64,000 bases of DNA from Candidatus Omnitrophota bacterium. GTDB taxonomy: Bacteria > Omnitrophota > Gorgyraeia > Zapsychrales > Zapsychraceae. Below, piece after piece: positions 22,762 to 33,134 of the stretch (positions are counted from its first letter, which is position 1; the number at the start of each line of letters is the position of its first letter). Where the stretch lies: NCBI GenBank assembly GCA_028280285.1, contig JANQMA010000004.1, forward strand, positions 15,820-79,819. Direction: 5' to 3'. A program made the translations under genes and the position numbers. Under the pieces are notes generated by a model, which made no database searches, was not told the origin of the DNA, and saw only the letters and a list, made by a program, of their open reading frames with translations.

Positions 22762-23080
22762 CTCGCCAGCGTTACAAGCGTCACCTTTTAAACGCGGGGT
22801 GTGTCTGCAAGTTAAAACGATGACGCCGAAAAAACCAAATTCGGCTCTGCGTAAAGTTGCACGAGTTCGTTTATCTAATAAATTTGAAGTAACAAGTTAT
22901 ATACCAGGCGAAGGTCATAACTTACAAGAGCACGCCATTGTGTTAATCCGTGGTGGCCGTGTGAAAGACCTGCCGGGTGTTCGCTATCACATTATCCGTG
23001 GAACAGCGGATACAGCCGGTGTGGCGAAACGCAAACAGTCGCGTTCGAAATACGGGGCTAAGAAGGAAAAACAAGGATAA
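22703..23080 (+). CDS. rpsL: 30S ribosomal protein S12 (overlaps rpoC by 59 nt)
   Basis: '[10 protein letters not shown]', '[11 protein letters not shown]', '[13 protein letters not shown]'. Confidence 0.98.
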   Translation: MPTIQQLIRKSRKTKSKKTNSPALQASPFKRGVCLQVKTMTPKKPNSALRKVARVRLSNKFEVTSYIPGEGHNLQEHAIVLIRGGRVKDLPGVRYHIIRGTADTAGVAKRKQSRSKYGAKKEKQG

Positions 23081-23082
23081 TA

Positions 23083-23553
23083 ATGAGAAGACGTTCAGCA
23101 GAAAAAAGAGAGCCTTTAGCGGATCCGAAATACGCGAGCAAATTGGTATCAAAGTTTATCAATAATCTGATGTATGATGGAAAGAAGACTGTTGCTGAAG
23201 GGATTGTTTATACAGCATTTGATGTTCTCGCGAAAAAAGCAGAGGAAGAAAGTCCTATTAAAGCTTTTAACCGTGCCATTGATAATGTCCGCCCACGACT
23301 AGAAGTAAAAGCCCGTCGTGTTGGAGGAGCCACTTATCAGGTGCCGGTAGAAGTGCCGGTTGGCCGTGGCAACGCGCTTGCGATGCGCTGGATCAGAGAC
23401 ATTGCCCGTAAGAAAAAGGGCAAGGCGATGAGCCAAAAACTTGCCGACGAACTATTAGCTGCGTACAAGGGTGAGGGTGCCGCAGTTAAAAAGCGTGACG
23501 ATACTCACAAAATGGCAGAATCAAATAAGGCCTTCTCGCATTTGAGATGGTAA
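23083..23553 (+). CDS. rpsG: 30S ribosomal protein S7
   Basis: 'RRVGGATYQVP', 'HKMAESNKAFSH'. Confidence 0.98.
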   Translation: MRRRSAEKREPLADPKYASKLVSKFINNLMYDGKKTVAEGIVYTAFDVLAKKAEEESPIKAFNRAIDNVRPRLEVKARRVGGATYQVPVEVPVGRGNALAMRWIRDIARKKKGKAMSQKLADELLAAYKGEGAAVKKRDDTHKMAESNKAFSHLRW

Positions 23554-23560
23554 TACTTTA

Positions 23561-23602
23561 ATACCAGTTTTTTTTTGACAAATTACAAAAAGCTGGTATA
23601 TT
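23561..23602 (+). promoter_or_regulatory. hairpin overlapping a putative internal promoter for fusA
   Basis: ataccagtttttt...aaaaagctggtat stem; TTGACA at 23575-23580 and TATATT at 23597-23602. Confidence 0.5.
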
Positions 23603-23667
23603 TTTATAATATTTTGTCCCTTATAAATGGGACGAAAGTTATTGATTTGAAAAGAGATAAGTAAAAA

Positions 23668-25764
23668 ATGGCGGATAATACACCATTAACAGATTACAGA
23701 AACTTCGGAATTATCGCTCATATTGATGCCGGTAAAACGACAACAACAGAGCGAATTCTGTATTATACTGGCGTGATCCACAAAATGGGTACGGTTGACG
23801 AAGGTAACGCGACCATGGACTGGATGGAACAAGAGCAAGAGCGCGGGATCACGATCACGTCTGCCAACACAACGTGTTTCTGGAAGAAAAAGAAACTCAA
23901 TATTATCGATACGCCTGGTCACGTTGATTTTACGGTTGAGGTGGAGCGTTCTTTGAAAGTATTGGATGGGGCTGTGGTTGTTCTGTGTGCGACATCTGGT
24001 GTCCAGTCACAGACAGAGACTGTTTGGCGTCAAGCTGACCGCTACAATGTTCCGCGTATGATTTTCATTAATAAATTAGACCGTCTGGGCGCAAGTCATG
24101 AGCGCACGATGGGTCAGATTTTAGAAAGATTCGATTGTAATGCCGCCCCTCTACAACTTCCTGATGCAACGGAAGACGCGTTCAAGGGGCTTTTTGATTT
24201 AGTGACACGTAAATATCACGTGTACATGGATGATAAAGGGGACAATATCGAAGTTAAAGATATCCCTGAAGAGTGGAAAGAAAAGGTAGAGCAAGCGCGC
24301 CACGATATGTTAGAAAAGTTGGCCGATGCGGATGACTCGATCATGGAAAAGGTCTTGGAAGATAAAGGTATTTCCGCAGACGAAATCCATGTGGCGGTCA
24401 GAAAAGCGGTTATTGCCGGCAAATTCATTCCGGTCTTTACCGGAACCGCGCTTCGCAACAAAGGTGTCCAGCTTCTGTTGGACGCTGTTACGGCTTACCT
24501 GCCATCCCCCCTTGATGTTCCCCCCGTTGAAGGTCACGATGTTAAAGATGAAGAAAAACAACTTACACGCCCATGCGATTCAAAGGCGCCTTTCAGTGCA
24601 CTTGTGTTTAAGGTGGCCACTGATCCATATGTAGGAAAGATTTTTTATACACGTGTTTATTCAGGGACAGCAAAATCAGGGGAAACACTTTACAATCCTG
24701 TTGCGCAAAAGAAAGAACGTTTGGCCAAAATCGTTGTTATGCATTCAAACAAACAAGAGATTGTGCCGCAAGTATCAGCGGGTGAGATTGTCGCGCTAGT
24801 CGGCCTTAAAGAATCGACAACGGGACACACATTGTGTGATTTAAATGAAAAGATTGTTCTCGAAAATATGAATGTACCTGAGCCGGTTGTGTCGATGTCG
24901 ATTGAACCAAAGACAAAGGCTGATGCGGATAAAATGGGTTTGACACTTAAGAAACTTTTAGATGAAGATCCATCACTGCAAGTTTCTTATGATCACGAAA
25001 CAGCGCAGACAATTATATCCGGTATGGGTGAGCTTCACTTAGAGATTATTGTTGACCGTATGAAAAGAGAGTTTGGATTAGAAACAACAGTTGGTCGTCC
25101 AGAGGTTGCTTATAAGGAAACGATTCAGCAGCCAGCGATGGAAGTAACGGGTAAATTTATTACGCAGACAGGTGGACGGGGGCAGTATGGTCACTGTGTT
25201 GTTAATATTGAACCGACAGAAGAAAAAGGCCAAGGGATTATTTTTGTCGATCAGATTAAAGGTGGGGCTATTCCACGTGAATATATTAAACCGTGTGAAA
25301 AAGGTTTTCGTGAAGGATGTTTAAATGGTATTCTGGCGGGTTACCCAGTTACAGATATTAAGATTACACTCATTGATGGTTCTTATCATGATGTCGACTC
25401 AAGCGAGCTTGCCTTTCAGATGGCAGCGAAAGAAGCACTTAAGGAAGGTTTGAAAAAGGGTAAGCCGGTACTCCTTGAGCCGATTATGGATGTTGAGCTT
25501 GTATCTCCTGAAGAATTTATGGGTGCGGTAATGGGAGATATTAATACGCGTCGTGCACAAATTGTTAATACAGGCGTCATGGGAAGTTTGAAAACAACAC
25601 GTTGTAATGTTCCATTATCAGAGATGTTTAACTACGTGAACGCGATTCGTTCACTTTCGCAAGGACGTGCTTCGTTTACTATGGAGCCGTCGTTTTATGA
25701 TGTCGTGCCGCAGTTTGTAACCGATAAGATTATCGGTGACCGTGCTGCTGCCGCTAATAAATAA
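23668..25764 (+). CDS. fusA: elongation factor G
   Basis: 'AHIDAGKTTTTERIL', 'RGITI', 'DTPGHVDF', 'GMGELHL', 'HDVDSSE'. Confidence 0.98.
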   Translation: MADNTPLTDYRNFGIIAHIDAGKTTTTERILYYTGVIHKMGTVDEGNATMDWMEQEQERGITITSANTTCFWKKKKLNIIDTPGHVDFTVEVERSLKVLDGAVVVLCATSGVQSQTETVWRQADRYNVPRMIFINKLDRLGASHERTMGQILERFDCNAAPLQLPDATEDAFKGLFDLVTRKYHVYMDDKGDNIEVKDIPEEWKEKVEQARHDMLEKLADADDSIMEKVLEDKGISADEIHVAVRKAVIAGKFIPVFTGTALRNKGVQLLLDAVTAYLPSPLDVPPVEGHDVKDEEKQLTRPCDSKAPFSALVFKVATDPYVGKIFYTRVYSGTAKSGETLYNPVAQKKERLAKIVVMHSNKQEIVPQVSAGEIVALVGLKESTTGHTLCDLNEKIVLENMNVPEPVVSMSIEPKTKADADKMGLTLKKLLDEDPSLQVSYDHETAQTIISGMGELHLEIIVDRMKREFGLETTVGRPEVAYKETIQQPAMEVTGKFITQTGGRGQYGHCVVNIEPTEEKGQGIIFVDQIKGGAIPREYIKPCEKGFREGCLNGILAGYPVTDIKITLIDGSYHDVDSSELAFQMAAKEALKEGLKKGKPVLLEPIMDVELVSPEEFMGAVMGDINTRRAQIVNTGVMGSLKTTRCNVPLSEMFNYVNAIRSLSQGRASFTMEPSFYDVVPQFVTDKIIGDRAAAANK

Positions 25765-25887
25765 ATGAAGGGTCGACAATTTTGTCGACCCTTCATCCTG
25801 ACGAGCGAAGCGAGAAAGGATCTCGAGATCCTTCAGCCCTTCGGTCTTCAGGATGAGCAGCCGAGTAGAAAACTCCCCGGCTGCTCA
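25765..25887. repeat. cluster of three overlapping palindromes, including a TCATCCTGA..GCGAAGCG..AGGATCT/AGATCCT..TCAGGATGA element
   Basis: atgaagggtcgacaa-tt-ttgtcgacccttcat (perfect 15-bp stem); tcatcctga...aggatctcgagatcct...tcaggatga; tgagcagccg...cggctgctca. Confidence 0.8.
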
Positions 25888-25942
25888 AATAAATTGAAAA
25901 TTAGAGGAAAATAAAAATATTTAATTAAGGGAGAATCGAAAA

Positions 25943-27136
25943 ATGGCTAAAGAAAAATTTGTCAGAAACAAACCACACATGAACATTGGAACGATTGGTC
26001 ACGTTGACCATGGTAAAACAACGTTAAGTGCGGCGATTACGACAATCTTAGCGAAAGCTGGTGGCGCTCAGGCAAAGGGTTATGATGAAATTGACAATGC
26101 GCCGGAAGAAAAAGAGCGTGGTGTAACGATTAACATCGCTCACCTTGAGTATGAAACAGAAACACGTCACTATGCGCATATCGACTGTCCAGGTCACGCC
26201 GACTATATCAAAAACATGATTACCGGTGCGGCACAGATGGACGGAGCGATTCTTGTTGTATCAGCCGCTGATGGGGCTATGCCTCAGACAAAAGAGCACA
26301 TTCTTTTGGCTCGTCAGGTAAACGTTCCTTCAATTGTTGTATTCCTAAACAAATGTGACCAAGTAGAAGATAAAGAGCTTCTTGAGCTTGTTGAAATGGA
26401 GCTTCGTGAGCTTCTTTCTAAATATGATTATGATGGGGATAATACACCAATCATCATGGGTTCAGCGCTTCAAGCATTAGAAAATCCTGATGATGCAGAA
26501 AAGACGAAACCGATTCTTGATTTGATGAAAGCCGTTGATGATTTCATTCCTGAACCGGCTCGCGAACTTGATAAACCATTTCTTATGGCGATTGAAGACG
26601 TTTTCTCAATCTCAGGTCGTGGTACTGTTGCGACTGGCCGTATTGAGCGTGGTAAAGTTGCGGTTGGAGAAGAAGTTGAGATTGTCGGTATTAAAGAAGA
26701 AACCGGCAAAACGGTTATTACCGGTGTTGAGATGTTCCGTAAAGAAATGGAAGAAGGTCAAGCAGGTGATAATGTTGGTCTTCTTTTGCGTGGTATTGAA
26801 AAAGATGCGATCGAACGTGGTCAAGTATTGGCCGCTAAAGGATCCATCACACCTCACAAAAAGTTTAAAGCAAAGGCTTATATCCTTACTAAAGAAGAAG
26901 GCGGGCGTCACACACCATTCTTCAAAGGATATAGACCTCAGTTTTATTTTAGAACAACGGACGTAACGGGTGCTGCTCATCTTCCTGACAACGTTGAAAT
27001 GGTTATGCCAGGTGATAACGTTGAGATGACAGTTGAATTGATTGTGCCTGTTGCGATGGAAAAAGAGTTGCGTTTTGCGATTCGTGAAGGCGGCCGAACA
27101 GTAGGGGCCGGTGTTATTCACGAGGTGCTTGAATAA
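25943..27136 (+). CDS. tuf: elongation factor Tu
   Basis: 'GHVDHGKTT', '[25 protein letters not shown]', '[13 protein letters not shown]'. Confidence 0.99.
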   Translation: MAKEKFVRNKPHMNIGTIGHVDHGKTTLSAAITTILAKAGGAQAKGYDEIDNAPEEKERGVTINIAHLEYETETRHYAHIDCPGHADYIKNMITGAAQMDGAILVVSAADGAMPQTKEHILLARQVNVPSIVVFLNKCDQVEDKELLELVEMELRELLSKYDYDGDNTPIIMGSALQALENPDDAEKTKPILDLMKAVDDFIPEPARELDKPFLMAIEDVFSISGRGTVATGRIERGKVAVGEEVEIVGIKEETGKTVITGVEMFRKEMEEGQAGDNVGLLLRGIEKDAIERGQVLAAKGSITPHKKFKAKAYILTKEEGGRHTPFFKGYRPQFYFRTTDVTGAAHLPDNVEMVMPGDNVEMTVELIVPVAMEKELRFAIREGGRTVGAGVIHEVLE

Positions 27137-27145
27137 TAAAGAGTC

Positions 27146-27186
27146 AATTAAATCCCTTGGATGTTGTCATCCGAGGGATTTAATTT
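27146..27186 (+). terminator. stem-loop after tuf (terminator/attenuator-like)
   Basis: aattaaatcccttggatg-ttgt-catccgagggatttaatt. Confidence 0.6.
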
Positions 27187-27202
27187 CGGGGCTATAAACA
27201 AT

Positions 27203-27505
27203 ATGCAAAAAATACGAATAAAATTAAAAGCGTTTGACCACAGATTGATCGATCAATCGGCTCAGGAAATTGTCGATACAGCAATTCGTACGGGAGCAAA
27301 AGTTTCAGGTCCTGTACCGCTTCCGACACGTAAAGAGCTTTATACAGTACTGCGTTCTCCGCACGTTAATAAAAAGTCGAGAGAGCAGTTTCATTTGGCA
27401 ACGCACAAACGCTTAATTGATTTGGTTCAGCCGACAGGAAAAACAGTAGAGGCGCTTAGAAAGCTAAACCTGCCTGCCGGTGTTGATGTAGAGATCAAAC
27501 AATAG
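27203..27505 (+). CDS. rpsJ: 30S ribosomal protein S10
   Basis: '[17 protein letters not shown]', 'GPVPLPT', '[13 protein letters not shown]'; start moved to ATG 27203. Confidence 0.97.
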   Translation: MQKIRIKLKAFDHRLIDQSAQEIVDTAIRTGAKVSGPVPLPTRKELYTVLRSPHVNKKSREQFHLATHKRLIDLVQPTGKTVEALRKLNLPAGVDVEIKQ

Positions 27506-27515
27506 AGAAAAGAAA

Positions 27516-28454
27516 ATGACTAACGGACTTTTAGGTAGAAAATTAGCAATGACGCAGATCTTTGACAAGGATGGGAACTTTATTCCTGTAACGCTTGTCG
27601 AAACAGGGCCGTGTACTGTGCTTGAAGTAAACGAAGAGGCGAAGAAAGTGACTTTAGGTTTTGAAGACGCTAAAGAAAGCCGTGTCGGTAAACCGCAACT
27701 AGGATATTTCAAAAAAATCGGTGTGGCACCTAAACGTGTTATTAAAGAATTTACATACGACGAAGAAGCACTTAATAAGATTTTAGAAAATTTGCAAAAA
27801 CAAGCAGAGGCTGCACAGGAAGAATCACCGAAAGAAGAGGTAAAAGAAGAAGCTCCGGCTGAAGCAAAGGCAGAAGAGGCAAAACAAGAAGAATCAGCGG
27901 AAGCTTCAAAAGAGGCGGAAGGCTCAGAAGAGGCGCAGGCTGAAGAAACTCCAGCTGAGGAAGCTCCGGCTGAAGAAGCAAAAGAAGAAGTTGTGGCGCC
28001 ACAAGAACCAGCATTTGGCGTCGGATCGGATATTAAAGCGGATTTGTTTAGAGCGGGTGATTATGTGGATGTGTCCGGTGTGTCGATCGGTAAAGGTTTT
28101 CAAGGTGGTATGAAGCGTTGGGGTTGGTCTGGTGGTCCGGCGTCCCATGGTTCGCGTCATCATCGTGCACCAGGTTCAATTGGCCAATGTGCTGATCCAG
28201 CAGAAACTTGGAAAGGGACTAATTTGCCAGGACGCATGGGCGGCAAACGTGTTACAACACAAGGTTTGCGTGTAATGGATGTTGATGTGGAGAAGAATTT
28301 ACTTGTGATTAAAGGTGCGATTCCAGGATCAAGAAATGGATTAGTCGAAATTCGCAGATCATTTAAGAAAGAATGGCAAGATCCTAACAAGGTTAAAGAA
28401 GCTGTTAAGGTAAAAGTTAACCCGATGAAGCAAAGTAAAAAGGGTAAGAAATAA
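27516..28454 (+). CDS. rplC: 50S ribosomal protein L3 with large acidic insertion
   Basis: 'GRKLAMTQIFD', 'VDVSGVSIGKGFQG.MKRWG..GGPASHGS..HRAPGSIG'. Confidence 0.97.
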   Translation: MTNGLLGRKLAMTQIFDKDGNFIPVTLVETGPCTVLEVNEEAKKVTLGFEDAKESRVGKPQLGYFKKIGVAPKRVIKEFTYDEEALNKILENLQKQAEAAQEESPKEEVKEEAPAEAKAEEAKQEESAEASKEAEGSEEAQAEETPAEEAPAEEAKEEVVAPQEPAFGVGSDIKADLFRAGDYVDVSGVSIGKGFQGGMKRWGWSGGPASHGSRHHRAPGSIGQCADPAETWKGTNLPGRMGGKRVTTQGLRVMDVDVEKNLLVIKGAIPGSRNGLVEIRRSFKKEWQDPNKVKEAVKVKVNPMKQSKKGKK

Positions 28455-28465
28455 AGGTAATTAAC

Positions 28466-29092
28466 GTGACTAAAGTAGCCGTTGTAGATATTAAGGGTAG
28501 CAAAAAAGGAGACTTCGATCTTCCGGAAGATCTGTTTGGCGGACGTGTTAAGCAAGACGTTATTCACCAAGCGGTTGTGAAGTATCAAGCCTCTTTGCGT
28601 CAAGGTAATGCTTCGACCAAAGAAAGGGCGGATGTTTCCGGTGGCGGGAAGAAACCTTATAAGCAAAAAGGAACAGGACGCGCACGGGCCGGCTCTTCAA
28701 GATCACCTCTCTGGAAAGGCGGCGGGGTGACATTCGGTCCTCATCCGCGGGACTTTGGTTATACGATCCCTAAAAAGATTAAGACAGCGGCATTACGTGA
28801 AAGTTTAAAGGCCAAGGTTGTTGACGAAAATTTAGTTTGTTTAGATGAAGTCAAAGGTGGATTTACCAAGACAAAAGAATTTGCACAAATTCTAAAAGAT
28901 CTGGATGTTAAAGGTAAGGTGTTAGTTGTGGTGGATACAGTAGATGAATCAATTGTGCGTGTGACACGCAACATTCCTAGATTGAAACTTATGCGAGCAG
29001 AAGATGTTAATGCGTATGATGTGTTAAGAAATAAGAATTTATTAATTACTAAAACTGCTTTTGAAAAAGTTTTGGAAAGATTGAATAAGTAA
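28466..29092 (+). CDS. rplD: 50S ribosomal protein L4
   Basis: 'VSGGGKKPYKQKGTGRARAGS.RSP.WKGGG'. Confidence 0.98.
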   Translation: MTKVAVVDIKGSKKGDFDLPEDLFGGRVKQDVIHQAVVKYQASLRQGNASTKERADVSGGGKKPYKQKGTGRARAGSSRSPLWKGGGVTFGPHPRDFGYTIPKKIKTAALRESLKAKVVDENLVCLDEVKGGFTKTKEFAQILKDLDVKGKVLVVVDTVDESIVRVTRNIPRLKLMRAEDVNAYDVLRNKNLLITKTAFEKVLERLNK

Positions 29093-29100
29093 GGTTAACA

Positions 29101-29379
29101 ATGAAGACTTGTTACGATATTGTTAAAACAATGGTTATTACAGAAAAAGGAGCATCACAAACTGATGACCGCAAATATTTTTTCCATGTAGCCGATACAG
29201 CCAACAAAATTGAGATTAAAAGCGCTGTGGAAGAAATTTATAAAGTCAAAGTGCAGGATGTTAATACCAGTATTGTGCGTGGAAAATTAAAACGTGTTCG
29301 TCGTGAGCAAGGGAGCACATCGCCATGGAAAAAAGCGATTGTGACTTTAAAGGCCGGCGAAAAGATTGAGGTGGCATAA
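29101..29379 (+). CDS. rplW: 50S ribosomal protein L23
   Basis: 'ITEK', 'ANKIEIK.AVE', 'WKKAIVTL'. Confidence 0.97.
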   Translation: MKTCYDIVKTMVITEKGASQTDDRKYFFHVADTANKIEIKSAVEEIYKVKVQDVNTSIVRGKLKRVRREQGSTSPWKKAIVTLKAGEKIEVA

Positions 29380-29381
29380 CC

Positions 29382-30227
29382 GTGGGTGTTAGAAAATTTA
29401 AACCGACAACAAGTACACTCAGATTTACGACGATTAGTGATTTTTCGGAAATTACTAAGAGTAAGCCGGAAAAATCTTTGCTCAGACCGCTTAAAAAATC
29501 AGGCGGACGTAATGTGTATGGACGTATTACATCACGTTACCGTGGCGGCGGGCATAAACGTATGTACCGCGTGATTGATTTTAAACGCAATCGTTTTGAT
29601 CAAGAAGCAGAGGTTTTGGCGATTGAGTACGATCCAAACAGAACGGCACGTATCGCACTTTTGCAATATGAAGATGACACAAAAACGTATATTATCGCAC
29701 CGCTTGAACTTAAAGTCGGTGAGAAGATTGTCAGTACTAAGAGTCAGAAGGTTGAGTTTAAAGCAGGTAATTGTATGCCACTTGCTATGATTCCTTTAGG
29801 AACATCTGTGCATAACGTCGAGCTTCGCACAGGCAAAGGAGCTCAAATGGCGCGCTCAGCCGGAACGTATGCGACGCTCATGGCTAAAGAAGGTGAGTAT
29901 GCGTTCTTGCGTATGCCTTCTTCAGAAGTTCGAAAAGTGCGCGTTGAATGCCTGGCAACGATCGGTCAAATTGGTAATGTAGAGCATGAAAGCTGTTCGA
30001 TCGGTAAAGCGGGGCGTATGCGTTGGTTAGGCCGTCGTGGTGGGGTACGTGGTGTTGTCATGAACCCGGTTGATCATCCGCATGGTGGTGGGGAAGGTAA
30101 AGCGCCGCAAGGAAATCCGCATCCGGTAACGCCTTGGGGCAAGCCGACTAAGGGATATAAGACACGTAAAAAACAAAAATATTCTGATAAGTATATTGTA
30201 CGTCGTAGAAACTATAAGAAGAAATAA
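29382..30227 (+). CDS. rplB: 50S ribosomal protein L2
   Basis: '[12 protein letters not shown]', '[17 protein letters not shown]'. Confidence 0.98.
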   Translation: MGVRKFKPTTSTLRFTTISDFSEITKSKPEKSLLRPLKKSGGRNVYGRITSRYRGGGHKRMYRVIDFKRNRFDQEAEVLAIEYDPNRTARIALLQYEDDTKTYIIAPLELKVGEKIVSTKSQKVEFKAGNCMPLAMIPLGTSVHNVELRTGKGAQMARSAGTYATLMAKEGEYAFLRMPSSEVRKVRVECLATIGQIGNVEHESCSIGKAGRMRWLGRRGGVRGVVMNPVDHPHGGGEGKAPQGNPHPVTPWGKPTKGYKTRKKQKYSDKYIVRRRNYKKK

Positions 30228-30239
30228 AGGAAAAAGGTA

Positions 30240-30524
30240 ATGTCACGTTCAATTAAAAAAGGCCCGTATGTAGAAGCGTCACTGGCAAAGAAGTTTCAAA
30301 AAATCGTTGAGTCGGGCAGTAATCAGCCGATCAAAACCTGGTCAAGACGCTCAACCATTACACCGGAATTTGTTGGCTATACGTTCGCGATTCATGATGG
30401 GCGTAAACATGTGCCTGTATTTATTACAGAGAACATGGTTGGACATAAATTGGGTGAATTTGCCCCATCAAGAACTTTTAAGAACCATGGTGGTATTAAA
30501 GCTAAGAAAGCTATGGCGAAGTAA
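30240..30524 (+). CDS. rpsS: 30S ribosomal protein S19
   Basis: 'RSIKKGPYV', '[13 protein letters not shown]'. Confidence 0.98.
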   Translation: MSRSIKKGPYVEASLAKKFQKIVESGSNQPIKTWSRRSTITPEFVGYTFAIHDGRKHVPVFITENMVGHKLGEFAPSRTFKNHGGIKAKKAMAK

Positions 30525-30533
30525 GGATTTAAC

Positions 30534-30869
30534 ATGATTGCAAAAGCCAAAGGAAAATATATCCGCGTTTCATCGACAAAGATGAGACGTGTCATTGATC
30601 TTATAAGGGGTAAGGATGTTAATTCATCTTCTGTGATTTTAAGGCATGCCGAAAAGGGCTGTGCTAAAAACGTGAAGAAAGTTTTAGACTCAGCGGTTAG
30701 CAATGCCAAACAAAAAGGCGTTACAGAAGAACAGCTTTATATCTCGAAAATTATTTCTGATCAAGGGCCGTCATGGAAGCGTTACCGCGCTGCGGCTTTT
30801 GGGCGGGCATCAGGGATTTTAAAAAGAACATCACATTTAACCATAGAACTTGATTTAATTAAAAAGTAA
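30534..30869 (+). CDS. rplV: 50S ribosomal protein L22
   Basis: 'SAVSNA', 'A.GRA..ILKRTSHLTI'; S10 operon order. Confidence 0.96.
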   Translation: MIAKAKGKYIRVSSTKMRRVIDLIRGKDVNSSSVILRHAEKGCAKNVKKVLDSAVSNAKQKGVTEEQLYISKIISDQGPSWKRYRAAAFGRASGILKRTSHLTIELDLIKK

Positions 30870-30881
30870 GGGGAAAACTCA

Positions 30882-31565
30882 GTGGGTCAAAAGGTAAGTC
30901 CAGTTATTTTAAGAATCGGATACATCGAAAATTGGCGTAGCGTTTGGTATGCGGATAAAGATGAATATGCGAAAAACATTATTGAAGATTATAAGATCCG
31001 TTCATTTATTAAAAAACGTTTTTCCCAAGCGGCTGTGGCCCGTATCGATATTGAAAGACTTGCTGATAAGACAAAGATTATTATTCATACCGCAAGACCG
31101 GGTGTTATTATCGGCCGGCGTGGAGCAGATATTGATAAATTGAGAAATGAATTGGGTAAGATTTCTTCGAAAGAGATCGCCATTGATCCGAAAGAAATCA
31201 AAAATCCTTCCGTTGAAGCGCAATTGATCGCCCAAAATGTTGCCTTTCAATTGATGAAACGTGTCGCGTTTAGACGTGCCATGAAGCGTGCGATTGATAA
31301 TGCGATGATGTCAGGAGCCAAGGGCGTTAAGATCAAGTGTTCAGGACGATTAAACGGAGTTGAGATGGCGCGTCAAGAGAGTTATCAAGAAGGTAAACTC
31401 CCGCTTCAAACGTATCGTGCCAATATTGAATATGGATTTGCCGAAGCATTAACAACATACGGTATTTTGGGGATTAAAGTTTGGGTGAATAAGGGTGAAA
31501 TTATTAAACAACGCAAAAAGAATGATGCACCGGTTATTGTGAAGAAAGATTTAGGAGTTAAGTAA
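30882..31565 (+). CDS. rpsC: 30S ribosomal protein S3
   Basis: 'MGQKVSP', 'ARPGVIIGRRG', 'SGRLNG.EMAR', 'TTYGILGIKVWV'. Confidence 0.98.
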   Translation: MGQKVSPVILRIGYIENWRSVWYADKDEYAKNIIEDYKIRSFIKKRFSQAAVARIDIERLADKTKIIIHTARPGVIIGRRGADIDKLRNELGKISSKEIAIDPKEIKNPSVEAQLIAQNVAFQLMKRVAFRRAMKRAIDNAMMSGAKGVKIKCSGRLNGVEMARQESYQEGKLPLQTYRANIEYGFAEALTTYGILGIKVWVNKGEIIKQRKKNDAPVIVKKDLGVK

Positions 31566-31981
31566 TGTTACTCATGCCAAGAAAAGTAAAATTTCGTAAA
31601 GCCCAAAAGGGTAAGAACCGTGGGATTGCCACACGCGGCAGCAAGCTTAGCTTTGGGGAATACGGCCTTAAGTGTCTTGAAAACGGAAAGATCCGTGCCA
31701 ATCATATGGAAGCCTGTCGTATCGTTGTGGCCCGTAAGATGAAAGGTGCAGGGAAGCTTTGGTTTAATGTTTTCCCTAACACGCCTATTTCTAAAAAGCC
31801 TGCGGAAACACGTATGGGTAAGGGGAAGGGCGATTTGGATCATTGGGTGGCCTTAGTTAAACGCGGAAAGATTGTTTTAGAGCTATCGGGTGTACCGGAA
31901 GATTTTGCAAAAAACGTTCTTCGTTTGTGTTCATTCAAACTACCGGTTAAGACAAAATTTGTGACAAGGGCAGGGCAGTAA
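31565..31981 (+). CDS. rplP: 50S ribosomal protein L16
   Basis: 'KKPAETRMGKGKG', 'KLPVKTKFV'. Confidence 0.98.
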   Translation: MLLMPRKVKFRKAQKGKNRGIATRGSKLSFGEYGLKCLENGKIRANHMEACRIVVARKMKGAGKLWFNVFPNTPISKKPAETRMGKGKGDLDHWVALVKRGKIVLELSGVPEDFAKNVLRLCSFKLPVKTKFVTRAGQ

Positions 31982-31982
31982 G

Positions 31983-32189
31983 ATGAAAGCGAAAGAATTA
32001 AGAGATTTAAATAACGAAGAGCTATTGCAAAAGGAAAAAGAATTTAAGAAAGAACTATTCGGTTTAAATTATCAACGGAAATTAGGTTCTGTTGAAAAGC
32101 CGTCCCGTTTCAAAGACCTTAAAAAAAGCATTGCTCGTATTATGACGATTATCAAAGAGAGAGAACAAGAAGATGCCAGAAACAGCTAA
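31983..32189 (+). CDS. rpmC: 50S ribosomal protein L29
   Basis: 'MKAKELR', 'IARIMTI'. Confidence 0.95.
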   Translation: MKAKELRDLNNEELLQKEKEFKKELFGLNYQRKLGSVEKPSRFKDLKKSIARIMTIIKEREQEDARNS

Positions 32190-32442
32190 AAGACCGAATA
32201 AACGTAAATTTTTTCAAGCGACTGTCACATCAGATAAGATGGAAAAGACACGCGTTGTCACCGTTCATTGGGCGACTAAGCATGATAAGTATCACAAAGT
32301 TGTCCGTCGTGCGACAAAATTTAAAGCGCATGATGAAAAAAATGAAACGAAAGTCGGTGATGTTGTAAGAATTCAAGAGACACGACCATTGTCCAAAGAT
32401 AAACGTTGGACTATTGTGGAAGTGGTAGCGAAGGCAGAGTAA
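32173..32442 (+). CDS. rpsQ: 30S ribosomal protein S17
   Basis: 'SDKMEKT', 'AHDE.N..KVGD.V.I.ETRPLSKDKRW'. Confidence 0.97.
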   Translation: MPETAKRPNKRKFFQATVTSDKMEKTRVVTVHWATKHDKYHKVVRRATKFKAHDEKNETKVGDVVRIQETRPLSKDKRWTIVEVVAKAE

Positions 32443-32451
32443 GAGGGCATT

Positions 32452-32820
32452 ATGATTTATATGAGAACAATATTAGATGTAGCGGATAATTCAGGAGCAC
32501 GCAAGGCTTCTATGATCAGCGTTCTTAATGCCAAGGGTCGGCGTTGCGCCCGTATAGGTGATGTTATTCGTGTCAATATTAAAGAGTCTGCGCCGGATGC
32601 TGCTGTTAAAAAAGGGACTAAAGTTCGTGGCATAGTTGTCAGAACCAAAACACCTATTCGCCGCGGTGATGGGACATATGTAAAGTTTGATACAAATGCC
32701 ATTGTTATTATTGATGATGCCGGTAATCCACGCGGCACACGCGTTTTCGGGCCTGTTGCGCGCGAGCTGCGTAATTTGGAATATATGAAGATTGTTTCAC
32801 TAGCACCAGAGGTGGTTTAA
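32452..32820 (+). CDS. rplN: 50S ribosomal protein L14
   Basis: 'VADNSGA', '[13 protein letters not shown]', 'SLAPEV'. Confidence 0.98.
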   Translation: MIYMRTILDVADNSGARKASMISVLNAKGRRCARIGDVIRVNIKESAPDAAVKKGTKVRGIVVRTKTPIRRGDGTYVKFDTNAIVIIDDAGNPRGTRVFGPVARELRNLEYMKIVSLAPEVV

Positions 32821-32821
32821 G

Positions 32822-33133
32822 ATGTTGCATATTAAAAAAGATGATCAAGTTGTTGTTATTGCGGGTAAAGATAAAGGCAAAACCGGCCGTGTGATTGATG
32901 TTAACCCTAAGAAAAGCATTATTTTGATTGAAAATATCAATATGATCAAAAAGGCCCAGCGCAAAACGCAAGAAAATCCGCAAGGTGGATTTATCGATAT
33001 TGAGAGCCCGGTTCATATTTCCAACGTGCAGTTATTGGATAAAAAAACCAATAAACCGACGCGTTTTGGGGTGAAAATTCTCAAAGACGGTTCTCGTGTA
33101 CGTATCAGTAAAAAAAGTGGTGAGGTGATTTAA
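32822..33133 (+). CDS. rplX: 50S ribosomal protein L24
   Basis: 'KKDDQVVVIAGKDKGKTG', 'PVHISNV'. Confidence 0.97.
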   Translation: MLHIKKDDQVVVIAGKDKGKTGRVIDVNPKKSIILIENINMIKKAQRKTQENPQGGFIDIESPVHISNVQLLDKKTNKPTRFGVKILKDGSRVRISKKSGEVI

Positions 33134-33134
33134 A

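Noticed and set aside
27161-27202. N-terminal extension of S10 suggested by the ORF track
   Set aside because: The upstream ATG lies within the post-tuf hairpin; the conserved start is MQKIRI at 27203.
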